A DNA stretch of 64,000 nt. Source: Vicinamibacteria bacterium. GTDB lineage: Bacteria; Acidobacteriota; Vicinamibacteria; Marinacidobacterales; Marinacidobacteraceae. A model generated the notes under the pieces. The model was not told where the DNA came from, ran no database searches, and saw only the letters and a list, made by a program, of their open reading frames with translations. A program made the position numbers and the translations under genes. Where the stretch lies: the NCBI GenBank assembly GCA_963555995.3, contig OY821641.1, forward strand, positions 2,368,001-2,432,000. The letters are read 5' to 3'. Shown piece after piece: positions 30,482 to 40,186 of the stretch (position 1 is the first letter of the stretch; the number at the start of each line of letters is the position of its first letter).

Positions 30482-31258
30482 GTGCCCGGGAGCTCCGTGA
30501 CCATAGACATCGCTCCCGAGGAGGGAACCGCCGAACTCCTCGCGCGGATCGATCGCACCCGGCTTCCGCTTCACGTCGCGGCCATCATGGACGGGAACGG
30601 GCGCTGGGCCGCCGCCCGCGGTCTCCCGAGGGTCGAGGGACACGCGGCCGGCGTGGAGTCGGTCCGGGACACCGTGGAAGGCGCCGCCAGCCTGGGACTG
30701 GGGGCTCTCACCATGTTCGCCTTCTCCATCGAGAACTGGAGCCGGCCCCCCGAGGAGGTCGAAGTGCTCATGGAGCTGGTCAAGCGCTACCTGCGGCTCG
30801 AGACCGAGAACCTGATCGCCAACGACATCCGCTTCCGGCCCATCGGACGACTGGGGGAACTGCCCGCCGATGTCCAGGCGATGCTGCAGGAGACCGCTGA
30901 CGCCACCGCGCACTGCCGGGGCCTCGGCCTCAACATCGCCCTCAACTATGGAGGCCGGGCGGAGATCGTGGACGCCGCCCGGCGCATCGCCGAACGTGCG
31001 GCGCGGGAAGGGAAGGCGCCCGAACTCGATGAGCACGTGTTCGGGGAATACCTGTACACCCGCGGACTTCCCGATCCCGACCTGCTGATCCGCACCAGCG
31101 GCGAGGAGCGGGTCTCCAACTTCCTCCTCTTCCAGAGCGCCTACACGGAGTTCTGGACCACGCCCACCTTCTGGCCGGAATTCCGGCGGCGGCACCTCTT
31201 CGAGGCCATCCTCGCCTACCAGCGCCGCAGCCGGCGGTACGGCGGAATCTCCGACTAG
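30482..31258 (+). CDS. uppS: Undecaprenyl diphosphate synthase
   Basis: HVAAIMDGNGRWA, FSIENWSRP, NYGGR, DLLIRTSGE.R.SNFLL. Confidence 0.96.
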   Translation: MPGSSVTIDIAPEEGTAELLARIDRTRLPLHVAAIMDGNGRWAAARGLPRVEGHAAGVESVRDTVEGAASLGLGALTMFAFSIENWSRPPEEVEVLMELVKRYLRLETENLIANDIRFRPIGRLGELPADVQAMLQETADATAHCRGLGLNIALNYGGRAEIVDAARRIAERAAREGKAPELDEHVFGEYLYTRGLPDPDLLIRTSGEERVSNFLLFQSAYTEFWTTPTFWPEFRRRHLFEAILAYQRRSRRYGGISD

Positions 31259-31270
31259 CGGGCAGCCGGC

Positions 31271-32095
31271 GTGCGGCGGGTCATCAGTGCGGTGGTGGTC
31301 GCCGCGGGCACGCTGGCGCTCTGTCTGCTCGTGCCTCCCTGGGTCCGGCAACTCGCCATCCTGCTCGCGGCGGCCTACGCCTGCCGGGAGGCGATGCGGA
31401 TGGCGCGGGCGATCCAGGCGCCCGGGGACGGGTCCGAGGCTTCGGGCGGGAAGAAAGTGCCGCCGGCAGGCTTGGCCGCAACCGTGGTGCTGATGCTCCT
31501 GGTGGCCAGCTTCGGAGTCTCCAGCGGCCCGAGCGCGGCGCCGCTGGCGGCGATGTCACTCCTCGCGATCGCCGCGCTCGTCCTCCCGGCCACGCCGCGC
31601 ACGCTGGGCTGGCTCGGGGCCGCGGCGCTCGCCGCCCTGTGGATCGGTCTTCCCGCGGCGGCGCTCCTCGCCCTGACCTCCGGCGAGGATGGCGGACGGA
31701 TCCTGCTCTTCCTGCTCGCCACCGTGATGGTGGGAGAAGCCGGCGCTTTCTTCGGAGGCAAGCTCCTTGGCGGTCCCCGGCTCGCGCCCGCGCTGAGTCC
31801 CGGCAAGACGTGGGCGGGTTTCTTCGCCCAGTTGGCGTTCGGCGGCGCCGCCGGGGCGGTGGCGATCCCGCTCCTCTCCGCGGAACTCGGGCCGGGCGCC
31901 GGAGCGGCGCTCGGAGTCTGGATATCGGCGGCGGCCGCGCTCGGCGACCTGTTCGAGTCGTTCTGGAAGCGGGCCGCGGGCCGCAAGGACAGCGGCCGCA
32001 TCATCCCCGGCCACGGGGGCCTGCTCGACCGGATTGACGGCGTGCTGTTCGGGGCGCTGGCGCTATCGGCGGCGTCCGTATTCGTGCCGTTCTAG
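31271..32095 (+). CDS. cdsA: Phosphatidate cytidylyltransferase
   Basis: SPGKTWAG, GDLFES..KR..G.KDSG.IIPGHGGLLDRID. Confidence 0.93.
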   Translation: MRRVISAVVVAAGTLALCLLVPPWVRQLAILLAAAYACREAMRMARAIQAPGDGSEASGGKKVPPAGLAATVVLMLLVASFGVSSGPSAAPLAAMSLLAIAALVLPATPRTLGWLGAAALAALWIGLPAAALLALTSGEDGGRILLFLLATVMVGEAGAFFGGKLLGGPRLAPALSPGKTWAGFFAQLAFGGAAGAVAIPLLSAELGPGAGAALGVWISAAAALGDLFESFWKRAAGRKDSGRIIPGHGGLLDRIDGVLFGALALSAASVFVPF

Positions 32096-32125
32096 CAGCC
32101 TGCCGGCGGGCCGGCGGCGGATTCC

Positions 32126-33442
32126 TCAGCCGAACAGGCCGGTCTTCGACAGGTCGAGGTACACGACGAGCACGAAGACCAGGAGCATGAACGCGGCCCC
32201 CGCGACCATGAGCGCCTTGCGCATGCCGAGGCTGAGATCGCGCCGCGCCGCCGACTCCACGAGCAGCACCGCGATCTGCCCGCCGTCGAGGACCGGAATC
32301 GGCAGCAGGTTGAGCACGCCGAGGCTGAGACTCAGGATCGCCATCAGCAGCAGCACGTCGGTGGGACCGCGGCGGAGCGCCTCCCCGGAGGCCTGCGCGA
32401 TCCCGATGGGGCCCGAGAACTGACGCGGGGAGCCCTGGCCCGTCACCACCCGACCCAGTTGGCCGACGGTGAGACCGCCCCAGCGGACCGTCTCGGCCAT
32501 CGCCTCCCGCACCGCATCGGGGACCGATTCCGCTCGGACCATGCGGAAGGGAGGCTGAAACTGGACGCCGACCTGCGGGACGGTCTGGCCGGTGTTCGGA
32601 TCCTCGCGCAGTCGGGGAACGACCGAGACGACGATCTCGCTCTCGCCGCGCTCGACGGCGACGGCGATCTCCCGCTCTCCGGCGGAACGCACCAGGGCCG
32701 CCACCTCCGAAGTGCTGCCCACCGGCATCCCATCCACGCGCAGGATGCGGTCGCCCGGAGCGAAGCCCGCCGCCACTGCGGGCGTGTCCGGGATCACGGC
32801 CCCGATGATGGGCGGGTTCGGCGGATAGATGCCGGCAACGCCGACCGCATCAGGCCCCTCCGAGCGGATCGCGACGGAGAAGGAGCGCGGCGCTCCTTCC
32901 CGCTCGACGCCGAAGACGACCTGCTGGTCCGGCCGGACGATGATGGCCTCCATCGCCGTCCGCCAGTCGGGAACCGGCTCGCCGGCCACGGTCACGATCC
33001 GGTCGCCGGCGCGAATTCCGGCGATGGCGGCGGGCGAGCGTTCGGCCACGTAGGAGACGACGGGGGGATCGGACAGGCCGATCCGCCGTTCCATCCCCAC
33101 ATAGAAGAGCCCCGCCAGGATCGCCACCGCCAGCACGAAGTTCATGGCGGGGCCGGCGAAGAGGATGGCGAGCCGTTCCCCGCGGGTCCGGTTCTGGAGT
33201 TCGGCGGGGTCGTCGCTCCCGTAGCCGGGCGCGTCCCCCGCCATCTTGACGTAGCCGCCGAGGGGCAGGAGGCCGATCGTCCACTCCGTATCCCCGATCC
33301 GCCGGCGGTAGACGTTCGGTGGGAAGCCGATCGAAAACGTCTCGACCCGAACCCCGATGAAGCGCGCCGCCAGGTAGTGGCCGAACTCGTGGACGACGAC
33401 GAGGGTGCCCACCACGAGCACGAAGGCGATGAGGGTGAGCAT
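32126..33442 (-). CDS. rseP: RIP metalloprotease RseP
   Basis: HEFGH, PLGGYV, AGPAMN, two PDZ domains, NLLPIPVLDGG. Confidence 0.95.
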   Translation of the reverse strand: MLTLIAFVLVVGTLVVVHEFGHYLAARFIGVRVETFSIGFPPNVYRRRIGDTEWTIGLLPLGGYVKMAGDAPGYGSDDPAELQNRTRGERLAILFAGPAMNFVLAVAILAGLFYVGMERRIGLSDPPVVSYVAERSPAAIAGIRAGDRIVTVAGEPVPDWRTAMEAIIVRPDQQVVFGVEREGAPRSFSVAIRSEGPDAVGVAGIYPPNPPIIGAVIPDTPAVAAGFAPGDRILRVDGMPVGSTSEVAALVRSAGEREIAVAVERGESEIVVSVVPRLREDPNTGQTVPQVGVQFQPPFRMVRAESVPDAVREAMAETVRWGGLTVGQLGRVVTGQGSPRQFSGPIGIAQASGEALRRGPTDVLLLMAILSLSLGVLNLLPIPVLDGGQIAVLLVESAARRDLSLGMRKALMVAGAAFMLLVFVLVVYLDLSKTGLFG

Positions 33443-33444
33443 GG

Positions 33445-34632
33445 TCAGCGCGCGGTCGCCGGAACGCGGTCTTCGACGAGGTCGCCGGCGTAGGAGCGCG
33501 CCCAGGCGTCGGCGCGGGCGACCCCTTCCAGGTCTTCCGGCTCGGCGGGGGAGTGGGCGGCCAGCGTCGCGCCCACGACGGACGGGATCCCGGGGAACGG
33601 GATCCGGCCGTCGAGGAAGGCCGCCACCGCGACCTCGTTCGCCGCGTTCAGCACCGCCGGCGCGTCACCCCCGGCCGCGAGAGCCTCGGCGGCGAGTCGA
33701 AGGCAGGGGAAGCGGTCCGGATCGGGCGGCTCGAAGCGGAGGTCGAGCGGCTGGTCGAGCGGCAGCGGGGCGAGTCCGGTCGGCAGGCGCTCCGGCCAGG
33801 TGAGGGCGTACTGCACCGGCGTCCGCATGTGCGTGACGCCGAGCTGGGCCAGGATCGAGCCGTCCTCGAACTCGACCATGGAGTGGACGATGGACTCCGG
33901 ATGGACCACCACCCGGATCGCCTCCGGCGGCTGGTCAAAGAGCCAGCGCGCCTCGATCATCTCGAGGCCCTTGTTCATCATCGTCGCGGAGTCAATCGTG
34001 ATCTTGGGTCCCATGCGCCAAGTGGGATGCCGGAGTGCGAGCTCCGGGGTGGCGCGGGCGATCTCGGCGGCCGAGGCGGCGCGGAACGGACCCCCGGAGG
34101 CGGTCAGCCAGAGGCGGCGGACGGGGTCCCGCCGGTCGGCGAGGCACTGGTGGATCGCGGCGTGCTCGCTGTCCACCGGAATCAGCCGGGCGCCGGAGGC
34201 GGCGGCGGCGCGCGCCATCACCGCCCCGGCGGCCACCAGCGACTCCTTGTTGGCAAGGCCGACGACCTTGCCGGCGCTGAGGGCGGCCAGGGTCGGGCGG
34301 AGTCCCGCCGCGCCGACGATCCCCGAAATGACGAATCCGGCGCCCGGCGCGGTGGCGGCGCGCTCGAGCCCGGCGGGACCTCCCGCGACCTCGATCCCCG
34401 CGAGCCGCTTCCCATAGGCGTTCTCGAACTTCTCGGCTTCCGCTTCCCGGCCGAGGGCCACGATTTCGGGCCGGTAGCGCTCGCACAGCGAAGCGAGCCG
34501 GTCGGAAGCGCGGCCGGCGGCGAGCGCGACGACCCGGAACCGGTCGGGGCAGCGGTCCACCACCTCGAGGGTCGTCGAACCGATGGAGCCCGTCGCCCCC
34601 AGGATGGAAACGCCGCGGGTTTCGGGGCTCAT
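33445..34632 (-). CDS. dxr: 1-deoxy-D-xylulose 5-phosphate reductoisomerase
   Basis: LGATGSIG, LANKE, PVDSEH, LTASGGPF, HPTWRMGPKITIDSATMMNKGLE, NAANE. Confidence 0.97.
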   Translation of the reverse strand: MSPETRGVSILGATGSIGSTTLEVVDRCPDRFRVVALAAGRASDRLASLCERYRPEIVALGREAEAEKFENAYGKRLAGIEVAGGPAGLERAATAPGAGFVISGIVGAAGLRPTLAALSAGKVVGLANKESLVAAGAVMARAAAASGARLIPVDSEHAAIHQCLADRRDPVRRLWLTASGGPFRAASAAEIARATPELALRHPTWRMGPKITIDSATMMNKGLEMIEARWLFDQPPEAIRVVVHPESIVHSMVEFEDGSILAQLGVTHMRTPVQYALTWPERLPTGLAPLPLDQPLDLRFEPPDPDRFPCLRLAAEALAAGGDAPAVLNAANEVAVAAFLDGRIPFPGIPSVVGATLAAHSPAEPEDLEGVARADAWARSYAGDLVEDRVPATAR

Positions 34633-34785
34633 CGTTTCGTTTTCACCAGGTACGCCTGTTTTTCCGCCAGCGCGACGATTGTAGAGCCGCGAAGCGCCGC
34701 CGCCTGCCGGCATCGGCCCGCCTCCTCTCCACGCTCGGCACTCAACCGACTTTGCTCACCGACCCTTAACATTCGGGGCCGCCGC

Positions 34786-35895
34786 ATGAAGATCGACCGA
34801 CTCACGATCCGGGAACTCCGGCTCGACCTCAAATACCCCTTCGAAACCAGCTTCGCGCGGGTGACCGAGCAGCAGTTCCTCCTCCTCGAAGCCGAGATCG
34901 CGGGAGTGAGCGGGCATGCCGAGTGCGTCGCCGATGTCGCTCCGGGCTATTCCTACGAAACGGTCCGCACCGCCGAACACCTCATCCGCGACTTCCTGTG
35001 GCCGCTGGCGGCCGGGAACGACTACGCCCATCCGGACGAAGTCGTTCCGTCGTTCGCCCGGGTCCGCGGCCACAACATGGCCAAGGCCGCCATCGAGATG
35101 GCGGTGTGGGACGCCTTCGCGCGTCTCGAGGACAAGCCGCTCGCCGGCGTGCTCGGCGGCACCCGCTCGCGCACCGTCTCCGGGGTCTCGATCGGAATCC
35201 AGGACACCGTGGAACAGCTCCTCGACAAGATCGGGCTCGAACTCTCCCGGGGCTACCGGCGGATCAAGATCAAGATCAAGCCCGGGTGGGACGTCGCCGT
35301 GGTCGGGCGAGTGCGCGAGCGCTATCCGGACCTGCCGCTCATGGTGGACGCGAACAGCGCCTACACCCTCGCGGACGAGCCGCTCTTCCGCGAACTCGAC
35401 CAGTTCGGGCTGATGATGATCGAGCAGCCGCTCGAACACGACGACATGTGGGACCACGCCGCGCTCCAGCGGAAGATCTCGACGCCCATCTGCCTAGACG
35501 AATCGGTGCATTCGGTCGCCGACGCCCGCCGGGCCATCGAGATGGGAGCGTGCCGGATCATCAACGTCAAGGCGGGCCGGGTCGGGGGACTCGCGGCGGC
35601 GCGCGACATCGCGGCCCTCGCCGAGAGCCACGGGGTCCCGGTGTGGTGCGGCGGCATGCTGGAGAGCGGCGTCGGCCGGGCCCACAACATCCACCTTTCC
35701 TCGCTTTCCGGCTTCTCGATGCCGGGCGACGTGGCCGCCTCCGAGCGCTACTTCATCGAGGAGATCATCGAACCGCCAGTGACCGTGGATCCCGACGGCT
35801 CGCTCCCGATCCCCGAGGGCGCCGGAATCGGCTTCGCGCTGCGGGAAGACGTCATCCGGCGCCACACCCTTTGCGAGACCACGCTCTCCCGCTGA
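34786..35895 (+). CDS. Enolase-superfamily o-succinylbenzoate synthase / N-acylamino acid racemase
   Basis: PFETSF, KIKIKPG, DANSAY, EQPL, CLDES, NVKAGRVGG, WCGGMLE, PGD. Confidence 0.9.
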   Translation: MKIDRLTIRELRLDLKYPFETSFARVTEQQFLLLEAEIAGVSGHAECVADVAPGYSYETVRTAEHLIRDFLWPLAAGNDYAHPDEVVPSFARVRGHNMAKAAIEMAVWDAFARLEDKPLAGVLGGTRSRTVSGVSIGIQDTVEQLLDKIGLELSRGYRRIKIKIKPGWDVAVVGRVRERYPDLPLMVDANSAYTLADEPLFRELDQFGLMMIEQPLEHDDMWDHAALQRKISTPICLDESVHSVADARRAIEMGACRIINVKAGRVGGLAAARDIAALAESHGVPVWCGGMLESGVGRAHNIHLSSLSGFSMPGDVAASERYFIEEIIEPPVTVDPDGSLPIPEGAGIGFALREDVIRRHTLCETTLSR

Positions 35896-35939
35896 CCCGC
35901 CGGGCGCCGGGGCCGCGGTCCCGGCGGGCGATCCGGCAG

Positions 35940-38033
35940 GTGGCCGCCTGCCTGATGCTCGCCGCGGTCCCGGTCTCCGCGCAGCCCCCGGCGCCCGAGG
36001 GCGTCCTCGCACAACGTGAGCCGCCGCCCCCGCCGGTCCTCCCCACTCCCGAGCGCCTCGCCCGGGTCCTTGCGCTCGAGGACGCGCGGTCCTTCGGGGA
36101 CGGCTGGCTCCGGGACCGGGTGTACGACCCGGACCCCGAGGTGCGCCGCCGGGCGGTGCTCGCCCTCGGGCGCATCGGCCGCCCCGAAGCCGTCGAACCG
36201 CTGGTGACCGCGCTGACCGCCGACGAGGCGGGCGCCGTTCGCTCGACCGCGGCCTTCGCTTTGGGCATCGTCGAGGATCCGCTGCCGGCGGACGCGGTCT
36301 CGGCGCTCGAAGCGGCGCTGCTGGACGGCTCGGGCCGCGTCCGCGAGAAGGCGATCGAGGCCATCGGACGGCGGGGCGGCGAACGCGCGGGCAAGATCGT
36401 CGCCGGGCGGCTCGCCGAACTGGTGGAAGCGCCCGGCTACGCCGACCGGCGCGAGGACGTCGAGGCGTTCCGGCGGCGGACCTCCTGGGACGAAGCGAGG
36501 CTCGGACTCTTCGCCCTCGCCCGCATCCGGGACGACGGGGGCGATCCCGGGGACACCGGCGGCGTCCTCGGCCGCGGCGGGTCGCCGCGCACGCTCTGGT
36601 GGGCTTCCGCGTGGACCGCGGCCCGTCTCCGGGATCCGGCGCTCGTGTCCCTGCATCGCGCCTACGCCGGCTCGCCGGACCCGGTCATCCGGGCGCTGGG
36701 CGTGCGTGGTCTCGGCTCTACGGGGCTGCCGGTGGCCGAGGACATCGCCCCCGAACTCGGCCACCCGAGCGACACCGTCAGGATCGAAGCGATCCGCGTC
36801 GTCCGGGCGCTCGCGGAGGTCGACCTGCCGATCGGCGCCACCACCGGAGCGAGGCTCTTCGAGGCGCTCGATGACGCCGTTCCCGCGATCCGCCGGGAGG
36901 CGCTTCGCGGGCTGGGTGACGTGCGGCGCCCGGAGGCCACGGACGCGCTGATCCGGCGGATGCAGTCTTCCGATCCCGAGGTGCGCGCCGGCGCGATGCG
37001 GGCCCTCTACCCCCAGGACCAGGAGGGGTTCTTGCTGTTGCTCTCCGGCTGGTCGGACCGCGATCCGGCAGGCAGGATCGCGATGACCCGCCGGCTTTCC
37101 GGGATCCCCGACCCCCGCATCCGCAGCTACCTGCTGCGGAACCCACTCGCCGACGAGGACTCGAGGGTGCGCGCGGTCGCCCTCGCCGGACTCGGCGAAC
37201 TCGAGGCAACCCTGCGGAGCACCGGAGACGAGAGTACGGAGGTCGCCCCTGCCCTGATCCGCCACCTCGGCGCGGAGGATCCCTACGAGCGCGCCGCCGC
37301 GGCGGCGGCGCTCGGGCGCCTCAAGACCGGAGCCGAGAGCCTGCGGCAGTCCTACGGCGCGGACGACGCCGCGGCGCCCGATTTCCGGCTGGCCGCGCTC
37401 CGTGCCGGCCTCGCCCAGGGGCCGGAGAGCGGCCGGATCGCCTTCGCTCGCGAAGCGCTCGCCGATCCGGCTTGGCCCGTCCGCCGCGAGGCCCATGAAT
37501 TCCTCCGCCGTTCGGGAGCCGCCGGCGAAGACCCGGCTCCCGCCGAGACGCTGGAGACCACGGACTACCGGGCCATGCTCGAGGCCCCGTTCAGCCCGCT
37601 CGCCTGGATCGAGACCGCGCGGGGAACCATCGAGATCGAACTCTTCATCGGCGACGCGCCCCGCACCGTCTCGAACTTCATCCGCCTCGCCCGCGAGGGT
37701 TTCTACGACGGCCTGCGCTTCCACCGGGTGGTCCCGAACTTCGTGCTCCAGGCGGGCGATCCCCGCGGGGACTCCTCGGGAGGCCCCGGCTACACGATCC
37801 GGTGCGAGATCGGCGAGGGCTTCTACATGCGCGGGAGCGTGGGCATGGCGCTCGACGGCAAGGACACCGGCGGCAGCCAGTTCTTCATCACGCTCCTTCC
37901 CCAGCCGCACCTCAACGGCCGTTACACCCTCTTCGGGCACGTGCGGGACGGATTCGCGGTTCTGGATCAGATCGAGCCCGGCGACCGGATTCGGCGCATC
38001 CGCATCTGGGACGGCGTGACGCCTCCGGAATAG
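35940..38033 (+). CDS. Exported HEAT-repeat protein fused to a C-terminal cyclophilin PPIase
   Basis: Repeated D..VRR.A..ALG motifs; FHRVVPNFVLQAGDP, GSVGMA, GSQFFI, HLNGRYTLFG; start uncertain (35940 or 35955). Confidence 0.85.
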   Translation: MAACLMLAAVPVSAQPPAPEGVLAQREPPPPPVLPTPERLARVLALEDARSFGDGWLRDRVYDPDPEVRRRAVLALGRIGRPEAVEPLVTALTADEAGAVRSTAAFALGIVEDPLPADAVSALEAALLDGSGRVREKAIEAIGRRGGERAGKIVAGRLAELVEAPGYADRREDVEAFRRRTSWDEARLGLFALARIRDDGGDPGDTGGVLGRGGSPRTLWWASAWTAARLRDPALVSLHRAYAGSPDPVIRALGVRGLGSTGLPVAEDIAPELGHPSDTVRIEAIRVVRALAEVDLPIGATTGARLFEALDDAVPAIRREALRGLGDVRRPEATDALIRRMQSSDPEVRAGAMRALYPQDQEGFLLLLSGWSDRDPAGRIAMTRRLSGIPDPRIRSYLLRNPLADEDSRVRAVALAGLGELEATLRSTGDESTEVAPALIRHLGAEDPYERAAAAAALGRLKTGAESLRQSYGADDAAAPDFRLAALRAGLAQGPESGRIAFAREALADPAWPVRREAHEFLRRSGAAGEDPAPAETLETTDYRAMLEAPFSPLAWIETARGTIEIELFIGDAPRTVSNFIRLAREGFYDGLRFHRVVPNFVLQAGDPRGDSSGGPGYTIRCEIGEGFYMRGSVGMALDGKDTGGSQFFITLLPQPHLNGRYTLFGHVRDGFAVLDQIEPGDRIRRIRIWDGVTPPE

Positions 38034-38878
38034 TGCCGCATGCCGCCAACCGGCCGCGGCCCCGCTTCGGGCTGTTGGCCGTGGACCTCGACGGCACCCT
38101 GCTGAACTCCCGGAAAGAGATATCCGAGCAGAATCGGGCGGCCCTCGCCCGCGCGGAAGCGGCGGGGGTCGCGCTGGCGTTCATCTCCGGCCGGCGCTAC
38201 GCGGAACTCCGGGTGCTGACCGCGGACCTCTCCAAGGCCGCGTTCCGGGTAGGGCACGGCGGCGCCCTCATCCGGCGCCGCGGCCGGACCATCGCCGAAA
38301 TCCCACTGCCGAGGACGGCGGCGGAACTCGCGGTCCGGTCCGCGCGGCGGCTCCGGATCCCCGCCCTGATCAGCGAGCGCGACGGCAGCGTCCGCATCAC
38401 CGCCAATTCGCCGGCCACGCCCCGGGTCGCGCGCTACCTGCGGACCGTTCGGCCCGAGCCCCGCTTCGACCCGGATCCGACGTTCGCCGAGGATCCCCTC
38501 CATCTCGTGATCGCCGGCACCCCGGAGAGCTGCCGCGAGGCCGAACGCGAACTGCGGGAGTCGCTCGGGGACTCCGTCAATCTCGCCCGCACCGAGTACG
38601 TGGCCTCCCGTCTCGGTCTCCTGGACGTCCTCGCGAGCGCCGCCGACAAGGGGACCGCGCTTGCCAGGATCGCCCGGGAGGCCGGTCTGCCGCTCAGCGC
38701 CACGCTGGCGATCGGGGACAACTGGAACGACCTGGAGATGCTCGAGACCGCCGGGGTCGGGGTGTTGATGGAGAACGCCGAGCCGGGGCTGAAGACCCGA
38801 GGTTTCGAAACCACCGCCTCGCACGACGCGCACGGGGTGGCAGCCGCGATCGATCGACTGGTTTTGGGTGCGCAGTGA
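38033..38878 (+). CDS. Cof-type HAD hydrolase
   Basis: DLDGTLL, SGR, KG.AL, GDNWNDLEML; GTG overlaps the previous stop. Confidence 0.9.
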   Translation: MPHAANRPRPRFGLLAVDLDGTLLNSRKEISEQNRAALARAEAAGVALAFISGRRYAELRVLTADLSKAAFRVGHGGALIRRRGRTIAEIPLPRTAAELAVRSARRLRIPALISERDGSVRITANSPATPRVARYLRTVRPEPRFDPDPTFAEDPLHLVIAGTPESCREAERELRESLGDSVNLARTEYVASRLGLLDVLASAADKGTALARIAREAGLPLSATLAIGDNWNDLEMLETAGVGVLMENAEPGLKTRGFETTASHDAHGVAAAIDRLVLGAQ

Positions 38879-40088
38879 AGCCCGGCTTCGCGATCCGGCG
38901 CCGGAGCGGGGGAGCCCGGCTCGGGCGGCTGGACACCGCTCACGGTCCGGTGGAGACCCCCGCCTTCATGCCGGTCGCCACCGGGGGGGCGATCCGGGGA
39001 CTCACGAGCGCGGGGGTGGCCGCCACCGGAACCCGCATCCTGCTGAGCAACGCTTGGCACCTCATGCTGCAGCCGGGCGACGAGCGGATCGCCGCGCTCG
39101 GGGGCCTGCACCGGCTGATGGCCTGGGACCACCCCATCCTGACCGACAGCGGCGGCTACCAGGTGGCGAGTCTCGCCACCCTCCGGAAGATCTCGGAGAC
39201 CGGAGTGCACCTGCGCTCCTACCGGGACGGATCGCCGCACGAGCTGACTCCGGAGCGGGCGGTCGAGATCCAGCGGAACCTCGGTTCGGACATCGCGATG
39301 GTGCTCGACGAGTGTCTCGCGCTCCCGGCGCCGCCCGACGAAGTCGAACGGGCGGCGGCGCGCAGCCTGCGCTGGGCCGAGCGCTCGCTGGCGGCGCCGC
39401 ACGCTCCGAGCCAGCTCCTCTTCGGCATCGTTCAGGGGGGCGTCCTGCCGGAGGTGAGGCGCGAGAACGCCCGGGCCCTCCTTTCCCTCGGCCCTCCGGG
39501 CGAGGGTTTCGACGGCTTCGGCATCGGCGGCCTGCTGATGGGGGAGCCCACTGCGGACACCCGCCGGATGACCGAGCTTTCGGCGGAGGTTCTTGGCGAA
39601 GAGCGACCCCGGTATCTCATGGGGGCCGGCCTGCCGGCGGATCTGATCGAATCGGCCGGGCTCGGCATGGACCTCTTCGACAGCGTGATTCCGACGCGCC
39701 TCGCCCGCCGCGGCATCGTCTTCACCTCGACCGGCCGGTTGAACGTTTCGCGGGCCCCCTACCGGGACGACCCGGCCCCGCTCGACGAGGAGTGCGGGTG
39801 CCTCGCCTGCCGCGACTACTGCCGCGCCTGGCTCCACCACCTGCTCCGCGCGAAGGAGCGGATCGCCGCCACCCTGCTCAGCGCCCACAACCTCACGTTC
39901 TACGCCAGCCTCATGTCGCGGATGCGCGAGGATCGCCGCCGACCGCTTCTGGACAAGACCGGGGCGGATCCCGGTTCGGGCAGACCCGCGCCGCCGACCG
40001 CTTCGCCGAGTTCCACGAGGAGAACCGCCGCGCGGTGGAGTTCCAGTCAGGGGACCGCCGGGATGGGGGTAGAGGGCGAGTGGAGTTG
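38875..40088 (+). CDS. tgt: tRNA-guanine transglycosylase; 3' end scrambled in this sequence, end coordinate approximate
   Basis: TPAFMPV, TDSGGYQV, LDEC, FGIVQGG, PRYLMG, FDSVIPTR, CGCLAC, HNL; tgt-yajC-secDF synteny. Confidence 0.85.
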
Positions 40089-40186
40089 CGACGTGCGCGG
40101 TGCGGAGCGACCGCGCGTCGCCCAACTTCTTTCCGGTCCTGGACAAGACCGGGGCGGACCGGGGTGGCGCTCGTTCCCCAAGCCGG
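40089..40186 (-). repeat. REP-like repeat interrupted by or interleaved with IS sequence
   Basis: 40092-40118 equals 20494-20519 plus one extra G; later pieces CCGGTC.TGGA...GACCGG and CGTTCC..AAGCCGG match the rest of the repeat. Confidence 0.7.

Noticed and set aside
32098-34710. GCCTGCCGG at both ends of the dxr-rseP segment as recombination sites
   Set aside because: Only 9 bp, GC-rich and in direct orientation, whereas an inversion needs inverted sites.
33553-38033. Very long ORFs 33553-35895 and 34923-38033 as single proteins
   Set aside because: Their N-terminal parts are antisense or off-frame shadows of dxr and the racemase gene; homology starts at 34786 and about 35940.
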